Source: Felis catus
Taxonomy: Eukaryota
Length of the DNA: 64,000 nucleotides
Reading direction: 5' to 3'
Assembly: GCF_018350175.1 (NCBI RefSeq)
Contig: NC_058377.1
Coordinates: forward strand, 62,310,001 to 62,374,000
Each line of letters begins with the position of its first letter. Positions within the stretch are counted from its first letter, which is position 1. The position numbers were made by a program, and so were the translations under genes. Of the stretch, positions 1 through 12,839 are shown piece after piece. The notes beneath the pieces are model-generated. The model had not been told where the DNA came from. It was given only the letters and a program-made list of their open reading frames with translations, and searched no databases.

Positions 1-525
1 AAATAACCAGGGGAGTATTTGGAAAGATGAAGAAGAGGCCAAGTCCTGCAGTAAATTGTGGACAGAGACCATAATTTTGCAAAGACAATTTTTGGAAGTC
101 TCCCTCCATAATTTGGAGTCCTAAATGATGGCTGGGCTGGTTTTCTGGATAGAGGAGTTTAAGACACTTGTTTATGATCTAAAAGAAGTTTGTGAGGCAC
201 GATGGAGTAAAGCATATGAGTGGTGAGGCTATACCAGATAAATTCACTGTGTATGGAAGTCCTGGCCAAGAATGAATTAGACACAGAGAAAACTGGATTG
301 TGGATTTGATGCAAAGAAGCTCTTTGACAACACAGTTTACTGAGATAAACACAATGAATGTAGATTCTCAGCAAAGGACACCAGGAGACAGAGGTTTGGG
401 AATGTTTCATGTATAAATCTTCTCAATAAAATCGCTTCATATGGTAAGAAACTGCCTTCATATGTTCTACATATGAGTGTAATTTCCTACTGAGTTCCAT
501 TACCAGCTTGCTACCTCTTGCACGG

Positions 526-529
<4 letters not shown>

Positions 530-570
<41 letters not shown>
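530..570. repeat. (TA)20 microsatellite
   Basis: Direct reading. Confidence 0.98.
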
Positions 571-572
<2 letters not shown>

Positions 573-2574
573 CAAGACATCTCACAAAGCCAGTCGCTTT
601 GCAGCTGTGTGACAATGGCTAGTCTGCGACATACACAGTAAACTTTTTCTGATAGTGGAGTCCCAGGAAGGAGTAAACATAGAGAATGGGCCAGGGATAA
701 TCACTGAGGGGAACAGGAAAAAAAGCATGTCCTGTGATCCTTGGGGAATGGGTCCACAATGGCAACAGAGAGGGATCCAGATCAGATACCCACAGTCCCT
801 GTAGCCTCAGTGCCTCTAAAATGTTAGGTGCCCTTAGATAAATAGTGCCAACACTAATATGTGTTGAATTAAAACCAAAACAAAACAAAAATAGAGAAAG
901 AATCCCAAGAGAGTAGACTACAAATACTCCTTCCTTGCCTCTTTAAGAAAAGCCTCTGCCTTCACTTCCATATTCTCATCTGGTCAACCAAAAGACAAAA
1001 GCTTAGATACTCAATTTCCTATGGAACATACAAATTCCCTAGATGGTTCCAGGCATAAACCCAGTGCAAGCTACTGAAATCTCTGGGGGTGCTTTAAGAT
1101 AGGTTTCATCATTATAACAGCCTCTCAGCCCAACATTCAGATAGTTGAGGGTGGGAGACAAGTAATGTTCTTTAAATCTTCTGAGGATGCTTCCAAACCA
1201 CCTTCCAAATACCTTTTCATTTCAGCTCTCCCGGAGTCATGTGAGTCTGGGCTAAGGAAAGAGTCTAGAAAAGGGATTTCTTAGCCCTTAAGAGAAGTTT
1301 ATCTATACAACTGGTGATGAGAAGTTTGCTTCAAAGCAGGGAGAATATTTAGAGACTGGGAAAGGGGATTTTGCTGAATAACATCCTTGTGTGGTCTGAT
1401 TTAGAGATTCAGTTAATGGGATTCCTACAACAGAAGTTTTAGTTTGGCATTAGGCCAAATAGCTGGAATGAGGAACAGAGTGGGGGAGCTGCCAGCGAAG
1501 GAAGAAGCAAGTGACATGTTAGCCAGACCAGGGAAATGAGAGGCATTGTGAAGAAAGTTCAAGACATTTACTGTGATATTCCTGAAATTACTAACTGGAA
1601 ATAATTACCCACTAAGCATATGAGGGAAATGTGTGTGAAATAGATAGACACTGTATCAACAGCAAGAAATTGGGCAGGGGAATTAGCTGGACCTTAATGA
1701 TTACCTTAAACTTGTTCATGGTCTAGGGTTCTAAAACAATTACCTTGAGCTTTTTCATGGCCTTGAGCTTTTTCACAATGGGCAGAAGTAGCCCACACTT
1801 AGCCATGCTCTTGTACAGACACAGGGACAGCCTTTTGTCTGTGGTGTGGTTTCAGGCATGGACAGTCTTCTCCATTTCTAGTCTTCCCCCTGAATCGTGA
1901 TGTTGGGACTTTTATCTTACTAAGGACATTGGCTTTAATGTCACAATAAGAATTGGATTAGAGATTGAGTCAGAGGGACAGGTTCACACTGACGTGTGAA
2001 TGATCATACATAGTTATCAACATCATAAATTATTTTATACAAGAGATGCTGTGAGTCTACAGACTCATTCCTATGAAATGGATGGGGCAGTGATGAACAT
2101 GGGTGAGTTGCTAAGAGTGCACTGTCCTATGAAGGGGCTGGTATGTGTAAAGTCAAGATCCTTTGAAAGAAACCACAAGAACTGCAAGTGATGTTCACAT
2201 ACATCAATCACCTAGGAGCCAATCTAGTCAAGTGAAATGTGGCAATCTGTGTCCAGTCCAGCTTTCACAAGAGAAAAGTCACAAAGCATAGGGTCTGAGA
2301 CCTAAAACACAGGAAGGAAGCTCATTGAAGAATCATCAAGTTAAGCCTCCTGGCTATGGGTGAGTGAATTTGTGAGACAATTGAAACTGTAGGAATGTCT
2401 GGCATAAACTAAGTGGTTGGGTAGTGTAGTGAGCAAGGCTTTGTTGCTTCTGCCTCTGACTCCAGCTTCATTATTTTTATTGAGACAGTTAACTGAGCAG
2501 AGATCCACTTTAGCTCCTCAAACAAATCTGTGTCATAAAAACCAGCGCTGGGTACATCCAGTCGAGCTGAGAGC

Positions 2575-2610
2575 ACCCAGGGGAGCTATTTTCCAGTCCC
2601 CTAATGATTG
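2575..2610 (+). promoter_or_regulatory. Candidate OR52P1 promoter: O/E (Ebf)-like site plus homeodomain site
   Basis: CCCAGGGGA at 2576-2584 and TAATGA at 2602-2607, 2.6 kb upstream of the CDS; motif match only. Confidence 0.4.
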
Positions 2611-4681
2611 CCATGTGACCCCAGAAAGCATATAGATAAAAATTGTAAAAAAACATTTATTTTATCAGCTAGCTTGTTCTACAATTGAACAGTTCTTATT
2701 ACATAAATGTTCAAGCTAACACTAGATTTCACATGGTTTAGGAAACTGTGTGAGAATTCTGTATTGGAGATGAGATCACTTTTGTATTAAAACAAAGGCA
2801 ATGATAATAGTAAATGATGTTTAATGATACCTTCTATGGGCTAAAAACTGTACTAGGTACTTTATACATTTTTAAATAATCTTAAAACTGTCATTATAAA
2901 AAAACAGATGAGAAAACGATAGGATCTTAGAAGAAAATTGACTTTTCCAAGGAAGCACTGGAAGTAAGGGGTAAGTACAAAGAAGTTTCATGAATTCCAA
3001 TGTCCACAATTTTTTTTGACCACCACATCTTTCTGCTTTAAAAACTCCAAGGTCCTACACTTCTAAAATATCCTACCTCTTCAAAGAATATGTCAAGACA
3101 AGCATGAGATCGGACTGCAGTCTTGCCTGAATATTAGGTGGAGATCTCAAATCAACATCAATAATAGTCATATTTTTACACAAGTCCAAACTTTCACCTT
3201 GATGTATTTTCCCTTAGGGAAGATAAGACCCTTGGTCAAATTGATTAGAAAATTAGATCTTTGCTGTCTCTGTCTCCTAGGCAGAAGCTCACAGAGCTTT
3301 GTGACCGATAAGACTCTTTGTATCCACCTGCTGGTACAAGCCACATTTATCTTTCTTCTGTAGAGGTCATGTGGTTTATTGGCCCTGATCTGTGATTAGC
3401 ATGGCATTTGTCACCAGCTTCCTCTCCTTCTGTTAGTCCTTATTTCAGAAAACAAATAGTTGATTTTGTTTACCAACATGTTTGGGCTATCTGGTGATTT
3501 TTAAATTTTTTTTTGTGGGGGAGGGTCCTCTTAAACACACCTAAATGGTAGTGAAGGATAGTCTGTGCAGAAGATGGAGAAGTATTTGGTCCATTAAGGA
3601 ATGGGAGAGTTTTTTCTATTCTCATCTGACAGACACACCCCAGGAGCAAGAAAGAGTTGTAACAAAGAGTTGATTCCTCTTTGATACTATTTTCTAACTC
3701 CATAAATTTCTTAGAATCAGTGGCTTTTTTATACTGGTTATTACAGTAACTGATTATCCAGTGTATAGCATAGGTCTAGTTAAAGAAGAGGTTCACATTA
3801 AATATTTGTAGTTGAATACATAGAACAAATTTATGGCCAGTAAAGTTCTTATTCCCATTTTGAAAGCTTCCAGTGAAAAGCATTTCCCAGCTTTTATCTT
3901 AATGACAAGACTTTTGTTTTGATCCCATCATGATTTCACATGTTCTGAATAGTTCTTTTGAGCTTAAGTACTCCCCACTGTAGGCTATGTACTCTTAGGG
4001 AGGGGAGGTGTGGGAAAGGTGGGAAAAAGGAAAGTAGTATAGGATTTTTTCCCAACAAGGGATAAGTCATCATCAGGCATGAGTCAAAGTAGTCTTACAA
4101 AATCACTTCTTGACATTGTAGAAGAGTGAAATTGAGGATTTGGCTGCATCCTTTCTTTGAAATCAACAAGAACCACAGGTAGAATGTGAATGAAGGATTA
4201 ACCCAAGAGTGGAATGGACTGTCAAAGGTTGGAAGTTTTTGTTTCAGAAATAGGATGAAGTCCAAAAAGGGTTAGCTTGAACATCTTGGGAAATGGAAAC
4301 TAGACATAAGAGGGTGGATGGAGCATCTTACAGAATTACAAATGTAGGTTGATCAGGAGTATGTGAAACTCTCTCTTGGTTAATGAAAAGAGTGGAAACA
4401 ACTATGATAATATTAAGATTAGAAATAATTACCAAGATATAATTACCAAGAAATAATTACCCTAGGTCCCAAACCAGAATCCCTTCTAAGTTAAACAATA
4501 AACATACCCAACTTTATCCAGTTAACTGTGTTGGCAGTTTGTGTTCTGGACTGATAGTCTCACCATATCTTTTTGCATATTTCAGAAAAGAGTGTGAGTG
4601 AGTGTGTGTATGCGTGTATGTGTGTGTGTGTTATATCCTGAGAAAAATGAATGACGTCCATACTTTTTGTCAACAATAGTA

Positions 4682-4743
4682 TTTTTTAGGTTTATTTATT
4701 TGTTTATTTAGAGAGAGTGTGTGTGGGAAGGGCAGAGGGAGAG

Positions 4744-4778
<35 letters not shown>

Positions 4779-4875
4779 CGAGTAGGCTCCACACTGTCAG
4801 CATGGAACTCGATGTGGGGCTTGAACCCATGTCTAGAGTCAGACACTTAACTGACTGAACCATCCAGGCATCCCT
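4682..4875 (-). mobile_element. Can-SINE
   Basis: Reverse tRNA-like head, (GA)n, T tail; TSD acaatagt. Confidence 0.85.
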
Positions 4876-5112
4876 GACAATAGTCTTTAATGAGAAGATA
4901 ATTCTGATTTATTTAATCCTTGTTTGAAGCCTTTTTCCATATTCATTTATTTAATTTAACAAGTATTATGTATCAAATACTATTCAAAGTTCTGTACAAA
5001 TATTAACCAATACAATTCTTTTAAGAACTCTAGGGGCTATTACTCTTATCCCCATTTACAGATGATGCTTGCCTAGCATTATATAGTTGGTATCACTCAA
5101 AACTCATTCATA

Positions 5113-5137
5113 TCTCTGCTCTCTGTTGTCTCTTCAG
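5113..5137 (+). promoter_or_regulatory. 3' splice acceptor of the OR52P1 coding exon
   Basis: Pyrimidine tract tctctgctctctgttgtctcttcAG just upstream of the ORF. Confidence 0.7.
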
Positions 5138-5198
5138 GCAATGTGATACTGTGTGGAGTTTCTGACCAGAGAAGATGCCCAGAACTTTTGTCCAGACC

Positions 5199-6164
5199 AT
5201 GGAGTCTCCTAATGACACTAACCTGGACCCTTCTGTTTTCTTCCTCTTGGGCGTCCCAGGTCTGGAACAGTTCCACCTCTGGCTCTCACTCCCTGTGTGC
5301 TGCCTGAGCACAGCCACAGTTGTGGGCAACATCACCATCTTGGTTGTTGTTGCCACCGAGCCAGCCCTGCACAAGCCTGTGTACCTGTTCCTGTGCATGC
5401 TCTCAACCATTGACTTGGCTGCCTCCTTCTCCACAGTTCCCAAACTACTGGCCATCCTCTGGTGTGCAGCTGGACACATCTCAGCCTCTGCTTGCCTTGC
5501 ACAGATGTTCTTCATTCATGCTTTCTGCATGATGGAGTCCACTGTGCTGCTGGCCATGGCCTTTGATCGCTATGTGGCCATTTGTCACCCACTCCGCTAT
5601 GCCACTATTCTCACTGACACCATCATTGCCCGCATTGGAGTGGTAGCTATGGTGCGGGGCTCCATGCTCATGCTCCCATGTCCCTTCCTCATTGGGCGTT
5701 TGAGCTTCTGCCAAAGCCATGTCATTCCACATACATACTGTGAACACATGGCTGTTGTGAAGCTAGCATGTGGAGACACCAGGCCTAACCGTGTGTATGG
5801 GCTGACAGCAGCACTTTTGGTCATTGGAGTTGACTTGTTCTGCATTGGTCTCTCCTATGTCTTTATTGCAAGATCTGTCCTTCGTCTCTCATCCCATGAA
5901 GCTCGGTCCAAGGCCCTGGGGACTTGTGGTTCCCATGTCTGTGTCATCCTAATCTCTTATACACCAGCCCTCTTCTCCTTCTTTACCCATCGCTTTGGCC
6001 ACCACGTTCCACTCCATATTCACATTCTTTTGGCCAATGTCTATCTACTCTTCCCACCTGCTCTTAACCCTATAGTATATGGAGTTAAGACCAAAGAAAT
6101 CCGGGAAAAGGTTGTCAGAGTGTTTCAAAGGGGTCAGGGAATTGGGGTCAAGGTACCTGAGTGA
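5199..6164 (+). CDS. OR52P1: Class I olfactory receptor, OR52P1-like, intact (in-frame upstream Met at 5175; canonical MESPN start at 5199)
   Basis: Seven-TM ORF with [48 protein letters not shown] and PPALNPIVYGVKT motifs. N-terminus MESPNDTNLDPSVFFLLG resembles human OR52P1 as I recall it. Strong Kozak (accATGg) at 5199. Confidence 0.9.
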   Translation: MESPNDTNLDPSVFFLLGVPGLEQFHLWLSLPVCCLSTATVVGNITILVVVATEPALHKPVYLFLCMLSTIDLAASFSTVPKLLAILWCAAGHISASACLAQMFFIHAFCMMESTVLLAMAFDRYVAICHPLRYATILTDTIIARIGVVAMVRGSMLMLPCPFLIGRLSFCQSHVIPHTYCEHMAVVKLACGDTRPNRVYGLTAALLVIGVDLFCIGLSYVFIARSVLRLSSHEARSKALGTCGSHVCVILISYTPALFSFFTHRFGHHVPLHIHILLANVYLLFPPALNPIVYGVKTKEIREKVVRVFQRGQGIGVKVPE

Positions 6165-8117
6165 TCCAGTAGTATAGAAGGGACTTCATCCAGAAGAAAA
6201 GATTTTCAAGAAACAGCCTTCAATATTTGAGACTGGTAAGAGGTTTTAATATGGCACTGATATCCTCCACAGTAACTTTTATACCATTTCAAAGAATAAT
6301 AAATCAGAGAGGAGGTCAGTTGGTTCAGCATTCCTAACTGCCATCCAGGGAAGTATAATCTGGGGAGGTTCTTCCACTTTAGGTTACAAGAGCCTCTGCC
6401 TAGTCATAGGAACTTCCCTTACCTTCTGGCCGTCTCCTAATACATCAGGCAGGGATTTCTATCCTCATACTTCAGGTTATAGTTGTGTGTTACCATCTGC
6501 AAGGATAAGAAAATAGGAGACACAGCCACAGGTAAAGAAATTACACCTGCCAGGGACTTACATGCTTTTGCATGAATCTTATATTTTCTCCATTAGAAAT
6601 TGAAACCAAGAGGAGGAAAGGGACTCACCAATGCCTGCAATATTAGCAAGCGGAAGAGCCAGGCCTGACACTTAGAATGCTCTGGTACAGAACACTAGGA
6701 CCTCTATGGATGAGAGTAAAGGATAGGTGAGGAGGAGCCCTTCATTCCTAAACTCCGAATATTAATCCCACAGATACATTCTTGTCTTCACCCTCTAGGA
6801 AGCCATCTTAATTCCAATTGACCTGGGTATTATTCCCTGAAAATCAATGTCCAAATATTCTTACATAGTCTTACAAGGGCCTCCCAGAGGTTGTTGACTT
6901 CTATCTCTAAACTTATAAAAGACAGTCACATATACAAACCAATCAGATTATGAAGTCTTAGCTATTAACGCACTCATTTATTTAGAAGGAAAAGAAAGCC
7001 ATCCCACAATGTTAGGTAGAGGAGACACAAAACCCCAGCTGGAAATTCATAGGCCCTCCAATCTTTGGAGATTATCAGTCCTGAGAGCTAAACACTAAGG
7101 AACAGGTTTCTAAAGCTTCCCTTCCTCAAAATATGAATGATACTTCTCATAGGTGGGGATAAATAGTTTGTAAATATTAGACTTCAATACAATATGCTAA
7201 AAACTGTCTATTTTTCAAAGGAAAGGAAATCATTACATTGTTCTATAGGAGGATTGTCAATGCATGGGTGGCAATGATTTTAATTATGCTATCATTCTAA
7301 TCCTCAAATTGAGATATACTTAACAGATTTTAAAGATCTTTGTACAAGTCTAAACACCAGCTGACTTTCAATTTCATGCTTCGCATTTACAGTTGTACCT
7401 GCATACAAACCTTTACCCCAACTCTGGGACAATTCTGTACTCTGTGTTTTATGTTCCCGTAAGAAACATAGGATGTTTCTATGTTCCTATAAGAAAGATT
7501 TTTTTTCCATAAAGAAAAAAATGAAGCTTTAGAAGTAAACTACCTCCAACCCAAATCTCACATGAACTTTTGGCATCTATAGCCATTGTTTCCTCCTTTA
7601 TTACTGTATGTATTTATTACGAATTCCTTTTTCTGATCAAGCAAGCTTCTCAAAATATGCTCCTTGGAGTTCAGATTATCACTCACTTCTTTTTTGTTTT
7701 CACCACCTCTTCAAATTTCTTGGTACGTGACCCAATAGCAAAATTTTCCTTGACCTTAGTGACCTTTTTTATGCAAGTGTCTGGAAAATATTTTTTTTGG
7801 AACTAATTATTTCTGCTTTCTTGATTCCTATTCCTTCCTACATTATAATCTGATTTCAACCACAAGTTAAAGTTTCCAGTGAAGCATATGCCATCAAAGC
7901 CACTGGTAATCTTTTCTAATGGACCTCCTTACAACAAGCTGTATTATTCACCATATATTCTTCTCCAGAATCTCTGTGCTGTGACCTCTGCGATATCACA
8001 CAATCCTAGTTCTTCTTCTATGCTAATGATGTTTTCCTTCTTGTTCTTAAAGAAATTATATTAGGTCAAAAAGGAAGGTCCATAAGGAAGAAATAATTAA
8101 AAAAATTCAAAACTGAG

Positions 8118-8323
8118 AGGCAGCTGGGTGGCTCAGTCTGCAGAACATCTGACTTCAGCTCAGGTCATGATATCATGGTTCATGAGTTTGAGCCATGCAT
8201 GGAGCTCACTGCTGTCAATGAAGAACCCACTTTGGATGGATACTTTGTCCCTTTCTATCTCTGCCCTTCCCCCGGTTGTGTTCTCTTTCTCAAAAATAAA
8301 TAAAACATTTAAAAATTTTTTTT
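8118..8323 (+). mobile_element. Can-SINE
   Basis: TSD aaaattcaaaactgag. Confidence 0.9.
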
Positions 8324-8799
8324 AAAATTCAAAACTGAGCACAATAAGGTTAGAAACTGAAAATCAAATGTCAATATCTTTAGCTATTCAGCAACTGTAA
8401 ATTCACATGCCATTGACATATCAATTTCTTCAATAAAATTAGTATGGATATTCAGAAGATAAACTTGCTCTTGGCATGATAGAATGAAAACTCATACACT
8501 ACTAGAAATTTGTTTCAGATAAATAATAAGATGATTTATGATTCATGAACATTATATATATTGTAGCACTTTTATTAAATAAAAAACCCTGGATATCAAA
8601 TGATAAAAAAATAAATAAATTCTACTAATCTATTTAATAAACACTACATTCTTAGAAACCTTCTTTTGGAAGAACATTTAATATGCTACTTGTACACTCT
8701 TAATTATAAAAATAGCAATATATGTGTAATGATGTAATTTCCCATTTCTTATTAAAGCACTACCTGGGCATATGCTCATATTAATAAATTTAAAAATTT

Positions 8800-9003
8800 G
8801 GTGGCTCAGTCAGTTAAGCATCAGACTTTGGCTCAGGTCATGATCCATGGTTCGTGAGTTAGAGCTGCGATGGGGCTCTGTGCTGACAGCTCAGAGCCTG
8901 GAGCCTGCTTCAGATTCTGTGTCTCTCTCTCTCTCTGCCCCTCCCCTGTTTGTGTTCTGGGTCTCTCTCAAAAATAAGTAAACATTAAAAACATTAAAAA
9001 AAA
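8800..9003 (+). mobile_element. Can-SINE
   Basis: ggtggctcagtcagttaagc head, CT tract, A tail. Confidence 0.9.
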
Positions 9004-9138
9004 TCTAAACGCTGGTAAATGTTACTTCGATGGAGAGACAAGTATGTTTCAAAATGGAATTTTAAAATTTTTTCAAAAAATTTAAAAAGTTATATTTTAA
9101 AAAGTTTAAATCACATAATTTAAATATATTCAACTTGA

Positions 9139-9600
9139 TTCCCTTGGGGTCTTTGCAAAACTTCATAGGGAAAGGAGCCAAATCCCTGCAGGAGTGAAAT
9201 CATTAGGTTCTACTAAAATATCTCATTTCTGATCTATATCCGGCTGTCTATTTACATGCATACACACATGTTCAGATATAGACATACACATGTGCACATA
9301 TATTCACACATACACACATATACATGTTTAGTTATTTATCAATAAGTAAAACCATTTGGGCTCCCTGAAGGTTAGCTCGATTCCAGTTCCAGCAGTGTGT
9401 CTGTGATGTTTTGAAATGTTCCCTTGAGGTACTTGGGTATATAACATTCATTTTTCTTCAGGCTTAGGTCAATAGTCTTCATATCAAGAAAATCCAGAGT
9501 TAAAAACTTGCCCAGAGACTGTGATGTTTAGACAACCAAGTTCCTGGAAAATCGAACCATATATATTTTATCTTGTTTTTCCTTTCAAAACTTAAGGTAT
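9139..9600 (+). promoter_or_regulatory. OR52N4-type upstream promoter/5'-UTR exon module, copy 1
   Basis: TTCCCTTGGGG 9139-9149, TCATTA 9200-9205, TCCCTTGAGG ~9420, donor AAG|GTATTT with GT at 9597; 9360-9600 aligns with three other copies. Confidence 0.55.
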
Positions 9601-10179
9601 TTAACTATTAAATTTAAGGGTTAGTGACAGGATGATTTTCATTTTAGACATAGATGTAAAGAGGAAAAAGGATTTAAGATTGATACTAAATGCTTTTTTC
9701 CTCCCCACAGATATAAATGTTTTTTTCTATTGACCTAAGTTCAAGTCAGGTGGTGCAAGACAATGATGTGGGGGCTGATGGAAATATTTATTTCTCACCT
9801 TTGGCTTAAAAATCCATTTAGGTGTTCATAATGCCCATGCATCTATATAAACAACTCTTTTAACCATACAGGAATACATGCCAAGAATGGACCACCGCCA
9901 GGTCATGGAATAATGGGAAATATAGAGAGAGCAATTCTAGGTCATGAGAGTTATGTTCAAATTTCTCTTGCTGCTTACCTGCCTTCCTTTTTTTCCTTAT
10001 GAGTGTCTGATTTTACTTGAGGTAGACTCCGTAAATTCTTACTTATGCCAAAATATATTTTAGGCCAATATATATTTTGTAGTTTTATTTACCAGGAGAA
10101 ACCTATTGTCATGTGCTAAGAATTGAGAATGCTTTAATGGAGGATGTAGTGTGAGTCCTGACAGTTGGCTTTTCTTTTT

Positions 10180-10676
10180 TGTAATGCTAAGTTTTGATTG
10201 CCAAGGCATCCATTTCAAAGAGGCACCCACTTCCAAGATGTTATCTCAGATAAACGTATCACCAGCCACTTGACTGGATAATCCCGCACCTCCTCTGTTT
10301 TACAGATCTTGATTGATTCTGATAACTGACCTTTTGGACCACTTTTTAAATTTTCTTTCTCTTTCCCTGTGCTTTAAATTCCCATTCTTAGGTTTTAAAT
10401 TCACTGATAAAGAGTGAGCCTGAGATACCCTAGGCGTCACCCTCAACTCCAATATAAGTTAGAACACCAGGCCCACCACTTCTCCCACCCCTGCCTTGAT
10501 GTCTCTGTGTGGCCCCAGGTGTGCCATGACTTCTAGGACTTGTAAGTAATAAACCTTGTGTCTTTCAAAGTTTTCTGATGGTTTTTGCTGAAGGTATCTT
10601 GCAGTCATCATAAGAATCCCAAGGACCAGTTCAGCCACAATACTGGTTATCCATAGGCTGAGATCAGCACAAAACA
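10180..10676 (+). mobile_element. Probable older solo ERV LTR
   Basis: TG...CA-bounded ~500-bp segment with AATAAA at ~10548; no clear TSD. Confidence 0.55.
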
Positions 10677-12793
10677 GGGAGAAAAAAATCACTGCCTATA
10701 AATTCTGGAAATGAGGATTGACAATGAGTGGTAGATAAAGTAGTACTTTATGAAAGGTGAGAGAGGTGTAGCAACATCCAGAAGCACTGGCTATACACCC
10801 AGAGCTAAATATCAGTACCTTTCTCTGGAAAGAGGTATTGAATTAGACTGTTGGAAACAAATTTAAATTTGTTTTAAAGCAATAGATTAACTTCGTGATT
10901 GATACTGGGTTGCTTTCATTTAAACTTATATCACTAACAGGGCATTTGGCAAATGAATTGAACCTGTACAGAACCTAAAATTTACTGTAAGAATAAAGCC
11001 ATTCCTAAATGATTAAAGTGATCTTTATGGAAAAACCCATACAGAAGTTTACTTTATAGTAAGCTATAGGGGAAATATTAAGACCTGGAATTAAGCGTTG
11101 TCTGGAATTGTCAAGATTGGCTTACATTAAAGACGAAGCTGCAGACGTGGGTATTTAGAGGCACAAGGAGATACAGACTGAGGCAGACAGATGACCATAA
11201 TAGTAAGAGTTTATAATTTTACAGACTAAATGTATTTTTTTAAGAGAATAATAGTACAAAAGTGCCAGAAGTTGTTTTAAAACATGCCCTCTAAGAGTTA
11301 TGTTCCCAGTATTGTAACATATTTATCTGTGCTATATATATTTAAATTTTTATTTTGGTAAATGATATACAATAGTTCTTTGAATGTTGTAAACCCATTT
11401 GTAAACAATTTTCTAAATCCATTGAAAACACTGGTAAACTCGGGGTTGTAGTTTTAGTCCTAGGGGGCCTAGATATCCTAGTCTCTCTGTAATCAAGACC
11501 ATCATATTTTGACTGTTTGTCTTAGTGGAGATTAATAACAAAGCAAAAATATTACCTTAAAACCAAATAATTGGCATTAATTTGAAAACTGGCACTTTCA
11601 TCAGATTTAAGTGTTAATTTGGAAAGTTTTCATATTAATACCAACTATATACTAATAAGTTGCATAAGAGGATTTCTGTGCATCCCATGATTTAAGTTAT
11701 GGATATTTTGTCAAAGATGGAGTAGAAGTGTCATGCTTAAAACAATCAACTTTAATTTAGTCAACATTAAAGTCATCCTATCATTAGAACCACTCAGAAT
11801 TTCTGAAATAATTTGGACCCAATTTTTCTTGCTTTAATTACTACTTCATGTGAAATTAATAGGTCTACTCCAAATTTTGTATGTATTTCTCTGATGATTG
11901 TACATTATTTTACTTTGTTGTTTGGTTTTCTTTATCATATGACCTTCTGTACTGCCGATATACATTTTTATAAAATTAACAGATTTATGTCCACTTATAT
12001 AGGGCAGTTTAAATAATTTATCCTAATAGTCCAAATCAATGTATTTTATCTGTCTTTTGTCACATTAACATTTTATTGATTTATTTAGGAATCCTTTGCC
12101 TTCTGTTTCATAATGGGAATGTTTTGTTTAGTTAGTATTTTTACAGTGATTTATGCATTTACCTTCTGCTTTTATTCTCAGAGGTTCCTTTTGTATTTTC
12201 CAAATAATAGTAATTGAAATATATTTCAGTAATTTTTAAAGAATTCTGGCACCTGTACTTTTCAATATGATATCTGAGAAACAGGGTGACCCTCAGGCTA
12301 TTTCCTTAGAAGAATCCTCCTATTCAGAAATTGATAGAGTGTGTCATGATTGGGCTCTGTTTCTAGCCCCATCTCCAACTTCCTAATGCCCACATGCAAA
12401 AGATTTTACTATATTTTTTCTCAAAATGTGATTTATTTCAAGTCCAATGATTTTTTGTGTTTATTTTTCTGGAGTATATGTATAGTTATCGGTATTTAAA
12501 TAATATATTTAAACAAAAATAGCTTCAGAAAAAATAATAACCAAACTTTGTCCTTTATAAATGGATGCCATTTGTCTATTAACGAACTCGGCAGCTATTA
12601 AGCAATAAAAAGTATTTGTTGCCTACGGTGATGAATGAATTAAAAAATGCACAGATATAAAGTTATCTATTTGGTTTAAATAATGTTTATATTCATATTC
12701 CCCGGAAGTCAGAAAAATTGGTTGTTTGGCCATTGAAATGTATCTTGGGGGAAAAGGGCAAAAGAAATGAAGACAGTGACTATGATCAAGATG

Positions 12794-12817
12794 TTTTCTT
12801 CTCTTATCTCTATCTAG
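12794..12817 (+). promoter_or_regulatory. 3' splice acceptor of the OR52N4-a coding exon
   Basis: ttttcttctcttatctctatctAG|gag; equivalent tract ends at 49583 in copy b. Confidence 0.7.
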
Positions 12818-12839
12818 GAGGACCCACAAATTCTATAAG

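Noticed and set aside
1-900. Possible LTR or ERV-derived sequence at the window start
   Set aside because: Could not define termini, a TSD or a family by eye.
1743-1775. 15-bp direct repeat ccttgagctttttca, and the small hairpin at ~7461-7479
   Set aside because: Simple local slippage with no supporting context.
3209-3220. ttcccttaggga as an O/E site
   Set aside because: Three-base spacing does not fit TCCCNNGGGA, and the motif is isolated.
5108-5845. Antisense and alternate-frame ORFs over OR genes (also at 13, 25, 39, 50 and 61 kb)
   Set aside because: Shadow ORFs; their recurrence only reflects paralogous CDS.
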